Below are positions 51,763 to 64,000 of a DNA stretch of 64,000 nt, piece by piece. This stretch comes from Tubulanus polymorphus (lineage: Eukaryota > Animalia > Nemertea): NCBI RefSeq assembly GCF_964204645.1, contig NC_134031.1:17223807-17287806 (forward strand), in the 5' to 3' direction. Position 1 is the first letter of the stretch; the number at the start of each line of letters is the position of its first letter. Below the pieces are notes generated by a model. The model worked only from the letters and a program-made list of their open reading frames with translations. It ran no database searches and was not told the DNA's origin. A program made the position numbers and the translations under genes.

Positions 51763-52514
51763 CTGTTGTCCCTCCTAACTGTTCAAAAAGGTGCCATGGC
51801 ACACCTTCATCGCTGACCACTTCACGACTTATCTATCGAGAATGCGGGAGTGGACAACTGTTTAATGTCCAAGTTTATAAGTTGCATTTATAACGTATCG
51901 TTTGAAATCTACAATGAGCAATCCGCCGGAGGAATTATCGAATTTTTGATTTGATGAATCGACGGCGGAAATCCGAAACCGTCGCACTATGTGTTCATAG
52001 GGGGGAAATTGAGAAGAACAGTAAAGTTTGAACAGTCCTGAAAATTGATTGTTACTTTGAATTTGATAGTACGTCTCAAACAGCTGCACACCTGTTACTG
52101 GACAACTAATACTTGAAAATCAGTTTATCAAAATCTGCCATTTTGTAACGTTGTGAGCTAGTAACTGGTCGTTGGGTAAGTGTAACGGAGGTTTATAAAT
52201 TCGAATCAATCATTTTCTGACAATTTCTATGCCAGATATAAGTTTTGGACTCAGTTATACTGCAGTTTTGGGTAAAAAATTTTGAATTGTTTTAATAATT
52301 TCGAAACGGTTTGGATCAACACATTTGATATCATTCCGCCTGTTATGAAACGGATGAACGACAGTTGAAACGATAGGAACCATGATTAAAAACCCATACA
52401 AAAAGTGTGCATCATTTTTTCTGTTGTTACTGACGACAGTGCGTTCTTTCTCATCACGTTACAACATTAACATGGAATTCTTATTTTTTCAGTCTTGTTG
52501 CTTTAAGTTACAAG

Positions 52515-54240
52515 ATGATGTTCTTTTCTTGTTTGTTGTTATTGATTGCGAATCAAGCTTTTGCCGACGAAGGTAACATTTGAAATATAGAACTTGAAGG
52601 TGATGATAGTCAGTATAACTAAGAATCATGCTAGGGAATGAATATCGGCAATGCTACATTTCAGGATGTCACAAGCAATACGATCTGGTCAAGTCACTTC
52701 CCTTGTCGCAAATAAAAGTCAGCAAGCACGCGAAAGACGAAGAATTTGACAAGACCGACCCCTATCAAGAAGAACACCTGAATAATACGGCTCAACGTCT
52801 ATACATCGACGATCTGTACGGTTGGCACACGTACTCGGTTGATGTCTTCGTGGAATTAGATTTCGGTTCGTTTTTTTTTCTCATGTCCATTTCTCAGAAA
52901 TATCGCTGAAACGCTGAAGGCGAACAAGGCTGCGAAACCTACGCGCTATCCGTTGAACATGACACAAATACATGTTCCCCGAGACCGAAAAACTAACCGA
53001 CCGAAACAAGATGTTTCTAAGCTTTTGTCGAGTCTAAAATTGAAGAGTATACATCTTCTCGATAGAATTCATTGAAAATACCTCTAAGCTGAGAGCCGTC
53101 TGCAAATAGCTAAACATGTACGATACATATATATCTATATCTTACGTATTTTTCGTTTCGTAATTTTATGCATAGACAAAATGGCAAGAATTATAGAAAT
53201 CGGAACTCGTGGACTGAATCACCACCTCGGTAAGATATGGGTGAAGTCCTATGTTCTGAAGTTCAAAAGTGCGGAATCGGACCCTTGGACGGTTATCAAG
53301 GATGAATCAAATAACCCCAAAGTACGTACTGATAAAAGTCCCTTAAAATCACACAATCATGATTGTATTGTGGATTTTAAGCTGAAATTTCGAAATAATA
53401 TTAATTTGATCTTCTTTGCAATTCAGATATTTCAAGGAAACTACGACACCGACAGTTTAGTTACCCACGAACTGAATATAACAGCCACAAGAATCCGTCT
53501 GGAAGCAGTATCTACCGCACGCTGTTGTTTCGTCGATTTTACGTATCCGCCCCATGTGACCGGTATGAAAATGGAATTGCAAGGTTGTTTCATTCAGGAC
53601 GAAAACAACGGTAAATCATAAACGATTGACTCTCGGTTTTAGAGTCCATGATAATACCGATCATTCTAAACATGGGCGGACGTAACAAGGTTTTTCATTT
53701 CAATTATATGAATTCAATTGCAGACAACGAAAAAACTGGCGATTATATCATCTTGTTAGACACATCAAACAGCATCTCGTCGCATCTATTTGATCACATG
53801 CGACAACGCGTTATCGAATACGTGTCCAAACTGAAAGACGAGGATCGGATCGCTTTACTGACGTTCGCGGACGAACCGCGTTTGCAATTCGGACTCGACT
53901 CGCATCTGTCGATTATCAAAATGATTAGCAGGATCCAGGAAATACTACCCACAGGGATTGACATTGACACACAGGGATTGACATTGACAGGTTATAAATA
54001 CAATGATCATTTTGAATTCCAGGTTTAAAGTCATTTCTGATATTTCCTGTATTCTTTTTTGTAGGCAAGGCTTTGAAGTACGTCAGGAAGCACGTGCTAG
54101 ATGCATCTGGCAATGCTGGTGCAACAACAATCGTCATTGTGTCTGACGGTTCCGAGTCTGATGACATTGAAGCTGCTAGGGAAAAAGCAACACTGGAAGC
54201 TGAGGGCTACATCGTCAAAACAATGTCATATGAACTCTAA
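52515..54240 (+). CDS. Secreted discoidin (F5/8 type C) plus von Willebrand factor A domain protein, about 343 aa. Exons 52515-52572, 52665-52865, 53176-53321, 53427-53610, 53724-53990, 54065-54240
   Basis: Signal peptide MMFFSCLLLLIANQAFA. F5/8C motifs GW...VELDF, IIEIGTRG, WVKSYVLKF, IFQGNYD, MKMELQGC. VWA with MIDAS DTSNS...TLTGKAL...IVIVSDG. Exons join in frame (1032 nt) with GT-AG sites. Confidence 0.85.
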
Positions 54241-54443
54241 ATACAAAATCATAAAAAAACATTCCTATTCCAATAAGTGTTCATTTGTTGGATAATTCAT
54301 AATTAGCTTCATATATGACTATACGTGATGATTATAGATTATGGATTTTTTTTAAAAAGAAAACAGACTATTCTTCTATCACCAAGGAGGCATTCTCTTT
54401 AGCTCTATCAATATATGTGCAAGAAACAACTTTAGACGCGGTC

Positions 54444-55469
54444 TTACAGTCGTTTTCCTGCTCTTCCACACGTCAAACACCAGATTAGCGTCTTGGCGAA
54501 TCCTCGCCGGATTCCTAGATATACGAACATGTTAATCATCGCGTTTATCGCGTGTATAAGCTGACCAGAATGGAACGGGCGTATTTTTACGTTAGGAATC
54601 GCCGGGATTATTGTATTTATCAATCCCAACACGTATTCCATGAAATAAACGCAATTCAATACTAAAATCGTAATAGTTATTTGTAGACCTTGGCTGCTGT
54701 TCGTGTTTTTAGGATCTTTATCTTGGGTTAGTTTTTGCCTGTCTTTAAAAGATCTGCGTAACAGAAATAACATGTGAATGTTACATATGATAACAACTGT
54801 ACCGGGTATAACGCTTATGACCACTTTCCCGAAAAAGAAATCGTACCACAGGCTGTAATCCTTATTTTTCAAAAGTAACAATCTTTGACGCACGAATGAA
54901 CATTTTTCTCCGGGTTTCTCGCGAAACATTTCCACGTCCCAGTAGGTCGGTATATCGAATAGAATGGTCAAGATGAAGACCATGGCCGAAACGCCGCGTG
55001 CACTTTTTAGCGTGCACAGCTTTTTCGCCGACAACGGGTTTCTGATCGCGATATAGCGATCCAGCGACATTGCAAATAACAACCACGCGCTGGTGTTCGT
55101 TGTCAGTTGAAAAATCGTGTCCACCACCGAATAATAGTGCAGATAATAATTCTGATACGAAGGGCTGTATTTGACTTTTCCAAATGGAAATCCGCGACTC
55201 AGAAGCATCAACTCCCGTCCAAATATTCCCGACAAACAGTTCACAGTATCGGCAATCGCAAGCGATTTGAGGTAGAATACACTGCTTCCTTGCAAAGACA
55301 TAACGTTGAGCACAATGAAAGAGAGGGAGTTAGAAAAGCTACCCACCAGATAGAGCAAGGCTCGAGACATTGTCATGATTACGCCATATTTGTAAGTCCC
55401 AGTTTCGCTGTAGCATAACGCATCAGGACTCGGGATAGGACTGGTTGCGTTTACCAACGCTGTCGTCAT
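54444..55469 (-). CDS. Intronless class A (rhodopsin-like) GPCR, FMRFamide/sex-peptide-receptor-like orphan, 341 aa
   Basis: Seven hydrophobic segments; TM1 GSFSN, TM2 YLKSLAIAD, TM3 SLDRYIAIRNPL, TM7 NAMINMFVY followed by helix 8 RRGF. Confidence 0.9.
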   Translation of the reverse strand: MTTALVNATSPIPSPDALCYSETGTYKYGVIMTMSRALLYLVGSFSNSLSFIVLNVMSLQGSSVFYLKSLAIADTVNCLSGIFGRELMLLSRGFPFGKVKYSPSYQNYYLHYYSVVDTIFQLTTNTSAWLLFAMSLDRYIAIRNPLSAKKLCTLKSARGVSAMVFILTILFDIPTYWDVEMFREKPGEKCSFVRQRLLLLKNKDYSLWYDFFFGKVVISVIPGTVVIICNIHMLFLLRRSFKDRQKLTQDKDPKNTNSSQGLQITITILVLNCVYFMEYVLGLINTIIPAIPNVKIRPFHSGQLIHAINAMINMFVYLGIRRGFAKTLIWCLTCGRAGKRL

Positions 55470-56379
55470 CCTCGAGCAATATGAAACGACCGAAGACCTA
55501 TTGCGCTATCAGTTACGGGCAGACGAGACCCTGCTAACCTGCCTCCTTTTTGAACACAACTATCACACCGTTCAACTTACTGTGAAATTGTATTTTTTCT
55601 AGATATCGATTGAATCTGTGTCTACATGCTCGACACCAAATAGATTATCAGCGTTTAGGTTTGGAAATCACCGCAATTTCCAAATCGATGACGCTATGAA
55701 ATCGACCAGGGGTATTTTCAGGTGCTCCGAGTAGTAATTTATGGAGAGAATTGCGGAAAATCATATGAAAAATAGTCCTTTTAATGAGTGGTAATTTCTT
55801 CATCAATGACGACCCGTTGATTTGTTACCATATGATGTGAGATAGTTCATAAAAATGAGTGCTATTTCCCTCATTTTCCTATCTCCATTACAGACAAAAA
55901 ATACGTTCAACGAGTATATTAGATACCTCCTTAGGAGAGTGACAACTATCTCAGAAATTATGCATCTTTAGTACTAATACCCCGCTGACAAGAATATAGA
56001 TTCGGTAAACTTTCACGAATGGATAACCCCAATCTGTAGTTTATTATGGAGGGTTTAGTTCATCATATAAACATGAATATTTTCATACGATGCTGAGAAA
56101 ATCCGTGAAAGGAATTGTCAATCTGATAACCTAATCTACACAGCCGGTGATAAATTCGTGAACAGAATTGTTGTTCTTGTATTCAGTAGAAATTATCATC
56201 GAGTTCCTTCCATACGACCAAAAATAGTCAAAAAAGAAAGACAAGGTAAAGCTGAGATTGTTGAATAAAAAAGATGATATATTAATTACAAAATATAGTG
56301 TTTTTTCATGTTGATTAACAAGAAAAATGTACTATTTACAGTTATATTATATAGAATTATGTACAATGATTTTTTTTCG

Positions 56380-57350
56380 CTTTATACAATGATTTTGATA
56401 TTCTTAAAGCAATGGTTGGCACGATTAACATACGAGTTGTTAAGTTTCCTTGAAAAATAGCACACTTCAAAAAAAACCAAGAAAATAGCACACTTCGAAT
56501 TTTATCATCGCATACAAAAATCTTTTACAATGATTTTCGATATTTTACATGCAATGGCTAGCATGATTATTTTGCAAGTTGTAAAATTCCTTGCTTGAAT
56601 AAGTTAGAAAATAGCACACTTCGAAATAGATTCGATTATCATCAAATTAAATACACAAAATCTTTTTACAAGGATTTCGATATTTGTCATGCAATGGCTA
56701 GCATGATTATTTTGCAAGCTGTAAAGTTCCCTTGCATGAACAAGTTAAAAAAGCACACTTCGAAATAGATTTGATTATCATCAAATACACAAAATCTTTT
56801 ACACGGATTTCGATATTTTACATGCAATGGCTAGCATGATTATTTTGCAAGCTGTAAAGTTCCCTTGCACGAACAAGTAAGGAAATAGCACACTTCGAAA
56901 TAGATTTGATTATCATCAAATACAAAAAATCTTTTTGCAAGGATTTCGATATTTGTAATGCAATTGCTAGCTTGCAAGATAGGATCATTTTGCAAATTAT
57001 AAACTGTCCTTGCTCGGACAAGTCATAAAACATCACGCTTCGAAATAGATTTGATCACGTATATAATATCTTTTACAATGATTCTCGATATTTCAATGCA
57101 ATGGCTAGCACAATCGATTAGCAAGTTGTAGAATTTCCTCGCTTGCACGAGAAAGAAAATAGCGCACTCCGAAATAGATTTGATTATCATCACATAGAAA
57201 AAACCTTTAAAAATGATTTTCGATATTCTTAATGCAATGGCTTGCACAATCGGTTTGCGAGCGATAAAGTTGTGTTCCTCGTTTGGACAAGAAAGAAAAC
57301 AGCACACTTCGAAAGAGTTTGAATCATTTCTACGAATACAAAATCTTTTC
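56380..57350. repeat. Degenerate tandem array of roughly 7 units of about 130-145 bp
   Basis: Recurrent AAATAGCACACTTCGAAATAGATTTGATTATCATCA and GATTTCGATATTT...TGCAATGGCTAGCA motifs. Confidence 0.85.
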
Positions 57351-57919
57351 ATTAGAAAAATTGAAATCATCAATAACTCATTATCGAAATGATTCATCGA
57401 CAATACACAAATATAACATGAACATGCATCGTCGCTCAAATCTAGGACTGATGACGTTATTTCACCAGAAAAGATAAAATTATCGGTAAAGCATCTATCT
57501 AAAACGATATATCGATATTAAATCTTAAAAAAATACTTTTAAAATGACAAAATATCGCTCTGAGTACCTGCAAAATGTAGAAAGTAACTAATCTAAGTAT
57601 TAAAACTAAAGAATTAAGTAGTGAGAGGTCGTTCGTAAACACACCTGACAGTTAACAAATCAGCTTTAACGTAATTGCAATGAAACCATGGTAAAATATC
57701 TAAACCCGGATAACAAAGTTCACTCCTGATCATACGAGAAAATCCAGATCATTGGCTTATCGTTAGATCGATCAACGGAACTCATTAAAAACCGTTTGGT
57801 TCGGGGAACATCTGCCCGGCTCCAAGCAGCTCAACAGCGATTGAAAAATTGGAAATTACACCTTTTGGAAAAATTATTGGAAAAAAATGTGGACTCGTTA
57901 GGAAATATTCAATAAAATG

Positions 57920-58235
57920 GCAGTGACTACGAGTCCGTGAGGGTGACGTTCTGTCCCGATGAGAAAGAACTCATCGGCGACGACCTATGCGTATTACAAA
58001 AGAGAAGAAGAAATTCTATCCTTCTCAATTATAAGTAGTTGACGCATTGATAGTCATTAGTATGGAAACCCCGAATAAAAAAAACAAACATTATAAGCCG
58101 AAAATTATTGAAAAAAAATCAATCGCTATGATACTGCTTGAAGCAAAACAGAGAAAGCCGAAACCTAGCAGTCCTAATGGTTGAATTTTACAAAAATCTA
58201 AGTTACGCCGATGATCTGGATTTGGTTACGTGATT
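57920..58235 (+). pseudogene. Decayed non-LTR (LINE, RTE-like) reverse transcriptase remnant
   Basis: VREGDVLS at 57933-57956 (cf. GVRQGDxLSP), followed by KNLSYADDLDLV at 58192-58227 (cf. NNLRYADD); interrupted by stops and frameshifts. Confidence 0.5.
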
Positions 58236-58689
58236 ACTACGTATGTCGTATATAAGTTCTTGGTACATACAGTTCGGGAAACACTGTTACCGAGAAATTG
58301 TTCGTTAGATATTTCTTTCGGTTCATAGAAAGTGGACATCAAAACTGATTATCTAGCTGTGCTGATAAATTCACGAAATCGCGTAGTTACCATGAAATAG
58401 TTGCTGTTGTGCCGCATCATGGTGACTTCAAATTACAAAACATACATATAACAGAGCAATGGCTTGGTGACAACAACGATAGTAATAAATAGTTACGATA
58501 AGATGCCGTTTTGCCTTATGTAAATTACGTGACCATTACAATATCATAATAACAATCTAGACATGATATACATATATACGTCACGTATAAAGTAGTTGCC
58601 GTTGTGCCGTTGCAAAAAATGACTCAGTAATCCCAGTACTACATTATCTTACGGCATGTACATGTTTTCAAATTTGGCTCAAATATGAA

Positions 58690-61600
58690 CAAATTTCATT
58701 GAAATACGAAATTAACATAATTCGAACTAAAAGATGCTGTTGTGCCATTGCAAATTTGACTCAAAATGTCAAATATATATCATCAAAATACATAATCAAC
58801 ATGAATTTCACTAGAAGATGCTGTTGTGCCATTACAAATTTGACTCAAAATGTCAAATATACCATCAAAATACAAAATAAACATGAATTTCACTAAAAGA
58901 TGCTGTTGTGCCATTGCAAATTTGACTCAAAATGTCAAATATATCATCAAAATACATAATCAACATGAATTTCACTAGAAGATGCTGTTGTGCCATTGCA
59001 AATTTGACTCAAAATGTCAAATATACCATCAAAATACAAAATAAACATGAATTTCACTAGAAGATGCTGTTGTGCCATTGCAAATTTGACTCAAAATGTC
59101 AAATATATCATCAAAAAACAAAATAAACATGAATTTCACTAGAAGATGCTGTTGTGCCACTGAAAATATCATCATGATTTCATTGAAAAAAAAAGATTAA
59201 CATGATTCTAACTTGAAGATGCTGTTGTGCCATTGCAAATTTGACTCAAAATGTCAAATATATAATCAAAATACATAATCAACATGAATTTCACTAGAAG
59301 ATGCTGTTGTGCCATTGAAAATATCATCAAGATTTCATTGAAAAAAAAATTAACATGATTCTAACTAGAGATGCTGTTGTGCCATTGCAAATTTGACTCG
59401 AAATGTCAAATATACCATCAAAATACAAAATAAACATGAATTTCACTAGAAGATGCTGTTGTGCCATTGAAAATATCATCAAGATTTCATTGAAAAAAAA
59501 ATTAACATGATTCTAACTAGAGATGCTGTTGTGCCATTGCAAATTTGACTCGAAATGTCAAATATACCATCAAAATACAAAATAAACATGAATTTCACTA
59601 GAAGATGCTGTTGTGCCATTGAAAATATCATCATGATTTCATTGAAAAAAAAATTAACATGATTCTAACTAGAAGATGCTGTTGTGCCATTGCAAATTTG
59701 ACTCAAAATGTCAAATATATAATCAAAATACATAATCAACATGAATTTCACTAGAAGATGCTGTTGTGCCATTGAAAATATCATCAAGATTTCATTGAAA
59801 AAAAAATTAACATGATTCTAACTAGAGATGCTGTTGTGCCATTGCAAATTTGACTCGAAATGTCAAATATACCATCAAAATACAAAACAAACATGAATTT
59901 CACTAGAAGATGCTGTTGTGCCACTGAAAATATCATCATGATTTCATTGAAAAAAATAGATTAACATGATTCTAACTTGAAGATGCTGTTGTGCCATTGC
60001 AAATTTGACTCAAAATGTCAAATATTTCATCAAAATAAGAAAAACATAAATTTCACTAGAAGATGCTGTTGTGCCATTGAAAATATCATCAAGATTTCAT
60101 TGAAAAAAAATTAACATGATTCTAACTAGAAGATGCTGTTGTGCCATTGCAAATTTGACTCAAAATGTCAAATATTTCATCAAAATACATAATCAACATG
60201 AATTTCACAAGAAGATGCTGTTGTGCCATTGAAAATATCATCATGATTTCATTGAAAAAAAAAGATTAACATGATTCTAACTTGAAGATGCTGTTGTGCC
60301 ATTGCAAATTTGACTCAAAATGTCAAATATTTCATCAAAATAAGAAAAACATGAATTACACAAGAAGATGCTGTTGTGCCATTGAAAATATCATCAAGAT
60401 TTCATTGAAAAAAAATTAACATGATTCTAACTAGAAGATGCGGTTGTGCCATTGCAAATTTGACTCAAAATGTCAAATATATCATCAAAATACAAAATAA
60501 ACATGAATTTCACTAGAAGATGCTGTTGTGCCTTTGAAAATATCATCAAGATTTCATTGAAAAAAAAATTAACATGATTCTAACTAGAGATGCTGTTGTG
60601 CCATTGCAAATTTGACTCGAAATGTCAAATATATCATCAAAATACAAAATAAACATGAATTTCACTAGAAGATGCTGTTGTGCCATTGAAAATATCATCA
60701 TGATTTCATTGAAAAAAAAAGATTAACATGATTCTAACTTGAAGATGCTGTTGTGCCATTGCAAATTTGACTCGAAATGTCAAATATTTCATCAAAATAA
60801 GAAAAACATGAATTTCACTAGAAGATGCTGTTGTGCCATTGAAAATATCATCAAGATTTCATTGAAAAAAAAGATTAACATGATTCTAACTTGAAGATGC
60901 TGTTGTGCCATTGCAAATTTGACTCGAAATGTCAAATATTTCATCAAAATAAAAAAAACATGAACTTCACTAGAAGATGCTGTTGTGCCATTGAAAATAT
61001 CATCAAGATTTCATTGAAAAAAAAAGATTAACATGATTCTGACAAGAAGATGCTGTTGTGCCATTGCAAATTTGACTCAAAATGTCAAATATATCATCAA
61101 AATACATAATCAACATGAATTTCACTAGAAGATGCTGTTGTGCCATTGAAAATATCATCAAGATTTCATTGAAAAAAAAATTAACATGATTCTAACTAGA
61201 GATGCTGTTGTGCCATTGCAAATTTGACTCGAAATGTCAAATATACCATCAAAATACAAAATAAACATGAATTTCACTAGAAGATGCTGTTGTGCCATTG
61301 AAAATATCATCATGATTTCATTGAAAAAAAAATTAACATGATTCTAACTAGAAGATGCTGTTGTGCCATTGCAAATTTGACTCAAAATGTCAAATATATA
61401 ATCAAAATACATAATCAACATGAATTTCACTAGAAGATGCTGTTGTGCCATTGAAAATATCATCAAGATTTCATTGAAAAAAAAATTAACATGATTCTAA
61501 CTAGAGATGCTGTTGTGCCATTGCAAATTTGACTCGAAATGTCAAATATACCATCAAAATACAAAACAAACATGAATTTCACTAGAAGATGCTGTTGTGC

Positions 61601-63965
61601 CACTGAAAATATCATCATGATTTCATTGAAAAAAATAGATTAACATGATTCTAACTTGAAGATGCTGTTGTGCCATTGCAAATTTGACTCAAAATGTCAA
61701 ATATTTCATCAAAATAAGAAAAACATAAATTTCACTAGAAGATGCTGTTGTGCCATTGAAAATATCATCAAGATTTCATTGAAAAAAAATTAACATGATT
61801 CTAACTAGAAGATGCTGTTGTGCCATTGCAAATTTGACTCAAAATGTCAAATATTTCATCAAAATACATAATCAACATGAATTTCACAAGAAGATGCTGT
61901 TGTGCCATTGAAAATATCATCATGATTTCATTGAAAAAAAAGATTAACATGATTCTAACTTGAAGATGCTGTTGTGCCATTGCAAATTTGACTCAAAATG
62001 TCAAATATTTCATCAAAATAAGAAAAACATGAATTACACAAGAAGATGCTGTTGTGCCATTGAAAATATCATCAAGATTTCATTGAAAAAAAATTAACAT
62101 GATTCTAACTAGAGATGCTGTTGTGCCATTGCAAATTTGACTCGAAATGTCAAATATATCATCAAAATACAAAATAAACATGAATTTCACTAGAAGATGC
62201 TGTTGTGCCATTGAAAATATCATCATGATTTCATTGAAAAAAAAAGATTAACATGATTCTAACTTGAAGATGCTGTTGTGCCATTGCAAATTTGACTCGA
62301 AATGTCAAATATTTCATCAAAATAAGAAAAACATGAATTTCACTAGAAGATGCTGTTGTGCCATTGAAAATATCATCAAGATTTCATTGAAAAAAAAGAT
62401 TAACATGATTCTAACTTGAAGATGCTGTTGTGCCATTGCAAATTTGACTCGAAATGTCAAATATTTCATCAAAATAAAAAAAACATGAACTTCACTAGAA
62501 GATGCTGTTGTGCCATTGAAAATATCATCAAGATTTCATTGAAAAAAAAAGATTAACATGATTCTGACAAGAAGATGCTGTTGTGCCATTGCAAATTTGA
62601 CTCAAAATGTCAAATATATCATCAAAATACATAATCAACATGAATTTCACTAGAAGATGCTGTTGTGCCATTGCAAATTTGACTCAAAATGTCAAATATA
62701 CCATCAAAATACAAAATAAACATGAATTTCACTAGAAGATGCTGTTGTGCCATTGCAAATTTGACTCAAAATGTCAAATATTTCATCAAAATACATAATC
62801 AACATGAATTTCACAAGAAGATGCTGTTGTGCCACTGAAAATATCATCATGATTTCATTGAAAAAAAAGATTAACATGATTCTAACTTGAAGATGCTGTT
62901 GTGCCATTGCAAATTTGACTCAAAATGTCAAATATTTCATCAAAATAAGAAAAACATGAATTTCACTAGAAGATGCTGTTGTGCCATTGAAAATATCATC
63001 AAGATTTCATTGAAATAAAATTAACATGATTGTAACTAGAAGATGCGGTTGTGCCATTGCAAATTTGACTCAAAATGTCAAATATATCATCAAAATACAA
63101 AATAAACATGAATTTCACTAGAAGATGCTGTTGTGCCATTGAAAATATCATCAAGATTTCATTGAAAAAAAAAATTAACATGATTCTAACTAGAGATGCT
63201 GTTGTGCCATTGCAAATTTGACTCGAAATGTCAAATATATCATCAAAATACAAAATAAACATGAATTTCACTAGAAGATGCTGTTGTGCCATTGAAAATA
63301 TCATCATGATTTCATTGAAAAAAAAGATTAACATGATTCTAACTTGAAGATGCTGTTGTGCCATTGCAAATTTGACTCGAAATGTCAAATATTTCATCAA
63401 AATAAGAAAAACATGAATTTCACTAGAAGATGCTGTTGTGCCATTGAAAATATCATCAAGATGCTGTTGTGCCATTGCAAATTTGACTCGAAATGTCAAA
63501 TATATCATCAAAATACAAAATAAACATGAATTTCACTAGAAGATGCTGTTGTGCCATTGAAAATATCATCATGATTTCATTGAAAAAAAAAGATTAACAT
63601 TATTCTAACTTGAAGATGCTGTTGTGCCATTGCAAATTTGACTCAAAATGTTAAATATTTCATCAAAATTAAAAAAACATGAATTTCACTAGAAGATGCT
63701 GTTGTGCCATTGAAAATATCATTGCAAATTTGACTCAAATGTCAAATATTTCATCAAAATAAAAATAAACATTATTTTCACTAGAAGATGCTGCTGCGCC
63801 GTTGCAAGTATAGAAGATTTCATTTAAAAAAAGAATTAACATGATTCTAATTTGGAGATGCAGTTGTGCCGTTACAAATTTGACTCACATATCAAAGATT
63901 TCATCAAAATACAAAATTAACATGATTTTTCAATTAATTCAGAAGATGCTGTTGTGCCGCTGCAA
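58690..63965. repeat. Satellite DNA: about 82-bp (A) and about 70-bp (B) monomers sharing the core AGAAGATGCTGTTGTGCCATTG, mostly as AB dimers of about 152 bp
   Basis: Core spacing alternates 70 bp (60363-60433) and 82 bp (60433-60515); monomers are near-identical in the centre and diverged at both edges. Confidence 0.97.
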
Positions 63966-64000
63966 ATATCATGAAGATATCTGTGAAAAAAAATATCTAT

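Noticed and set aside
51599-51893. ORFs with PASQ / WLAG repeats
   Set aside because: Translations of the (CCAG)n microsatellite.
17166-55469. NKY precursor and GPCR as a linked ligand-receptor pair
   Set aside because: They are 37 kb apart. The GPCR looks like a divergent FMRFamide-receptor-like orphan, not the conserved sNPF/PrRP-related type I recall for NKY, and nothing in the sequence links them.
62704-63511. ORFs with repeated MAQQHL motifs
   Set aside because: Chance open frames on the reverse strand of the satellite.
58690-63965. CRISPR-like appearance (constant 22-bp repeat with intervening sequences)
   Set aside because: The intervening sequences are only two recurring types, not unique spacers; no cas genes; eukaryotic context. 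It is a satellite.

Overview
AT-rich animal genomic DNA with GT-AG introns. The NKY-type neuropeptide points to a lophotrochozoan (spiralian) invertebrate. Five protein-coding genes can be supported. (1) A 13-exon kazrin orthologue on the minus strand (2439-8814, about 727 aa). (2) Head-to-head with it, a 4-exon gene that the ORF track shows only in fragments (12216-15663, about 612 aa); once spliced it reads as a Mab-21/cGAS-like (cGLR) nucleotidyltransferase-fold protein with degenerate catalytic residues, a basic N-terminus and a long acidic tail. (3) An NKY neuropeptide precursor (17166-17504, minus). (4) A 6-exon secreted discoidin (F5/8C)-VWA protein (52515-54240). (5) An intronless rhodopsin-class peptide-receptor-like GPCR (54444-55469, minus). 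Between (3) and (4) lie about 35 kb with no recognisable coding exons. That stretch holds MITE-like inverted repeats, microsatellites and Penelope-type minimal hammerhead ribozyme-like motifs (best copy at 32675-32726). The last 7.6 kb are a degenerate tandem array, a decayed LINE reverse transcriptase remnant and a 5.3 kb satellite with dimeric and higher-order structure. All calls come from reading by eye and motif recall; no database searches were run.
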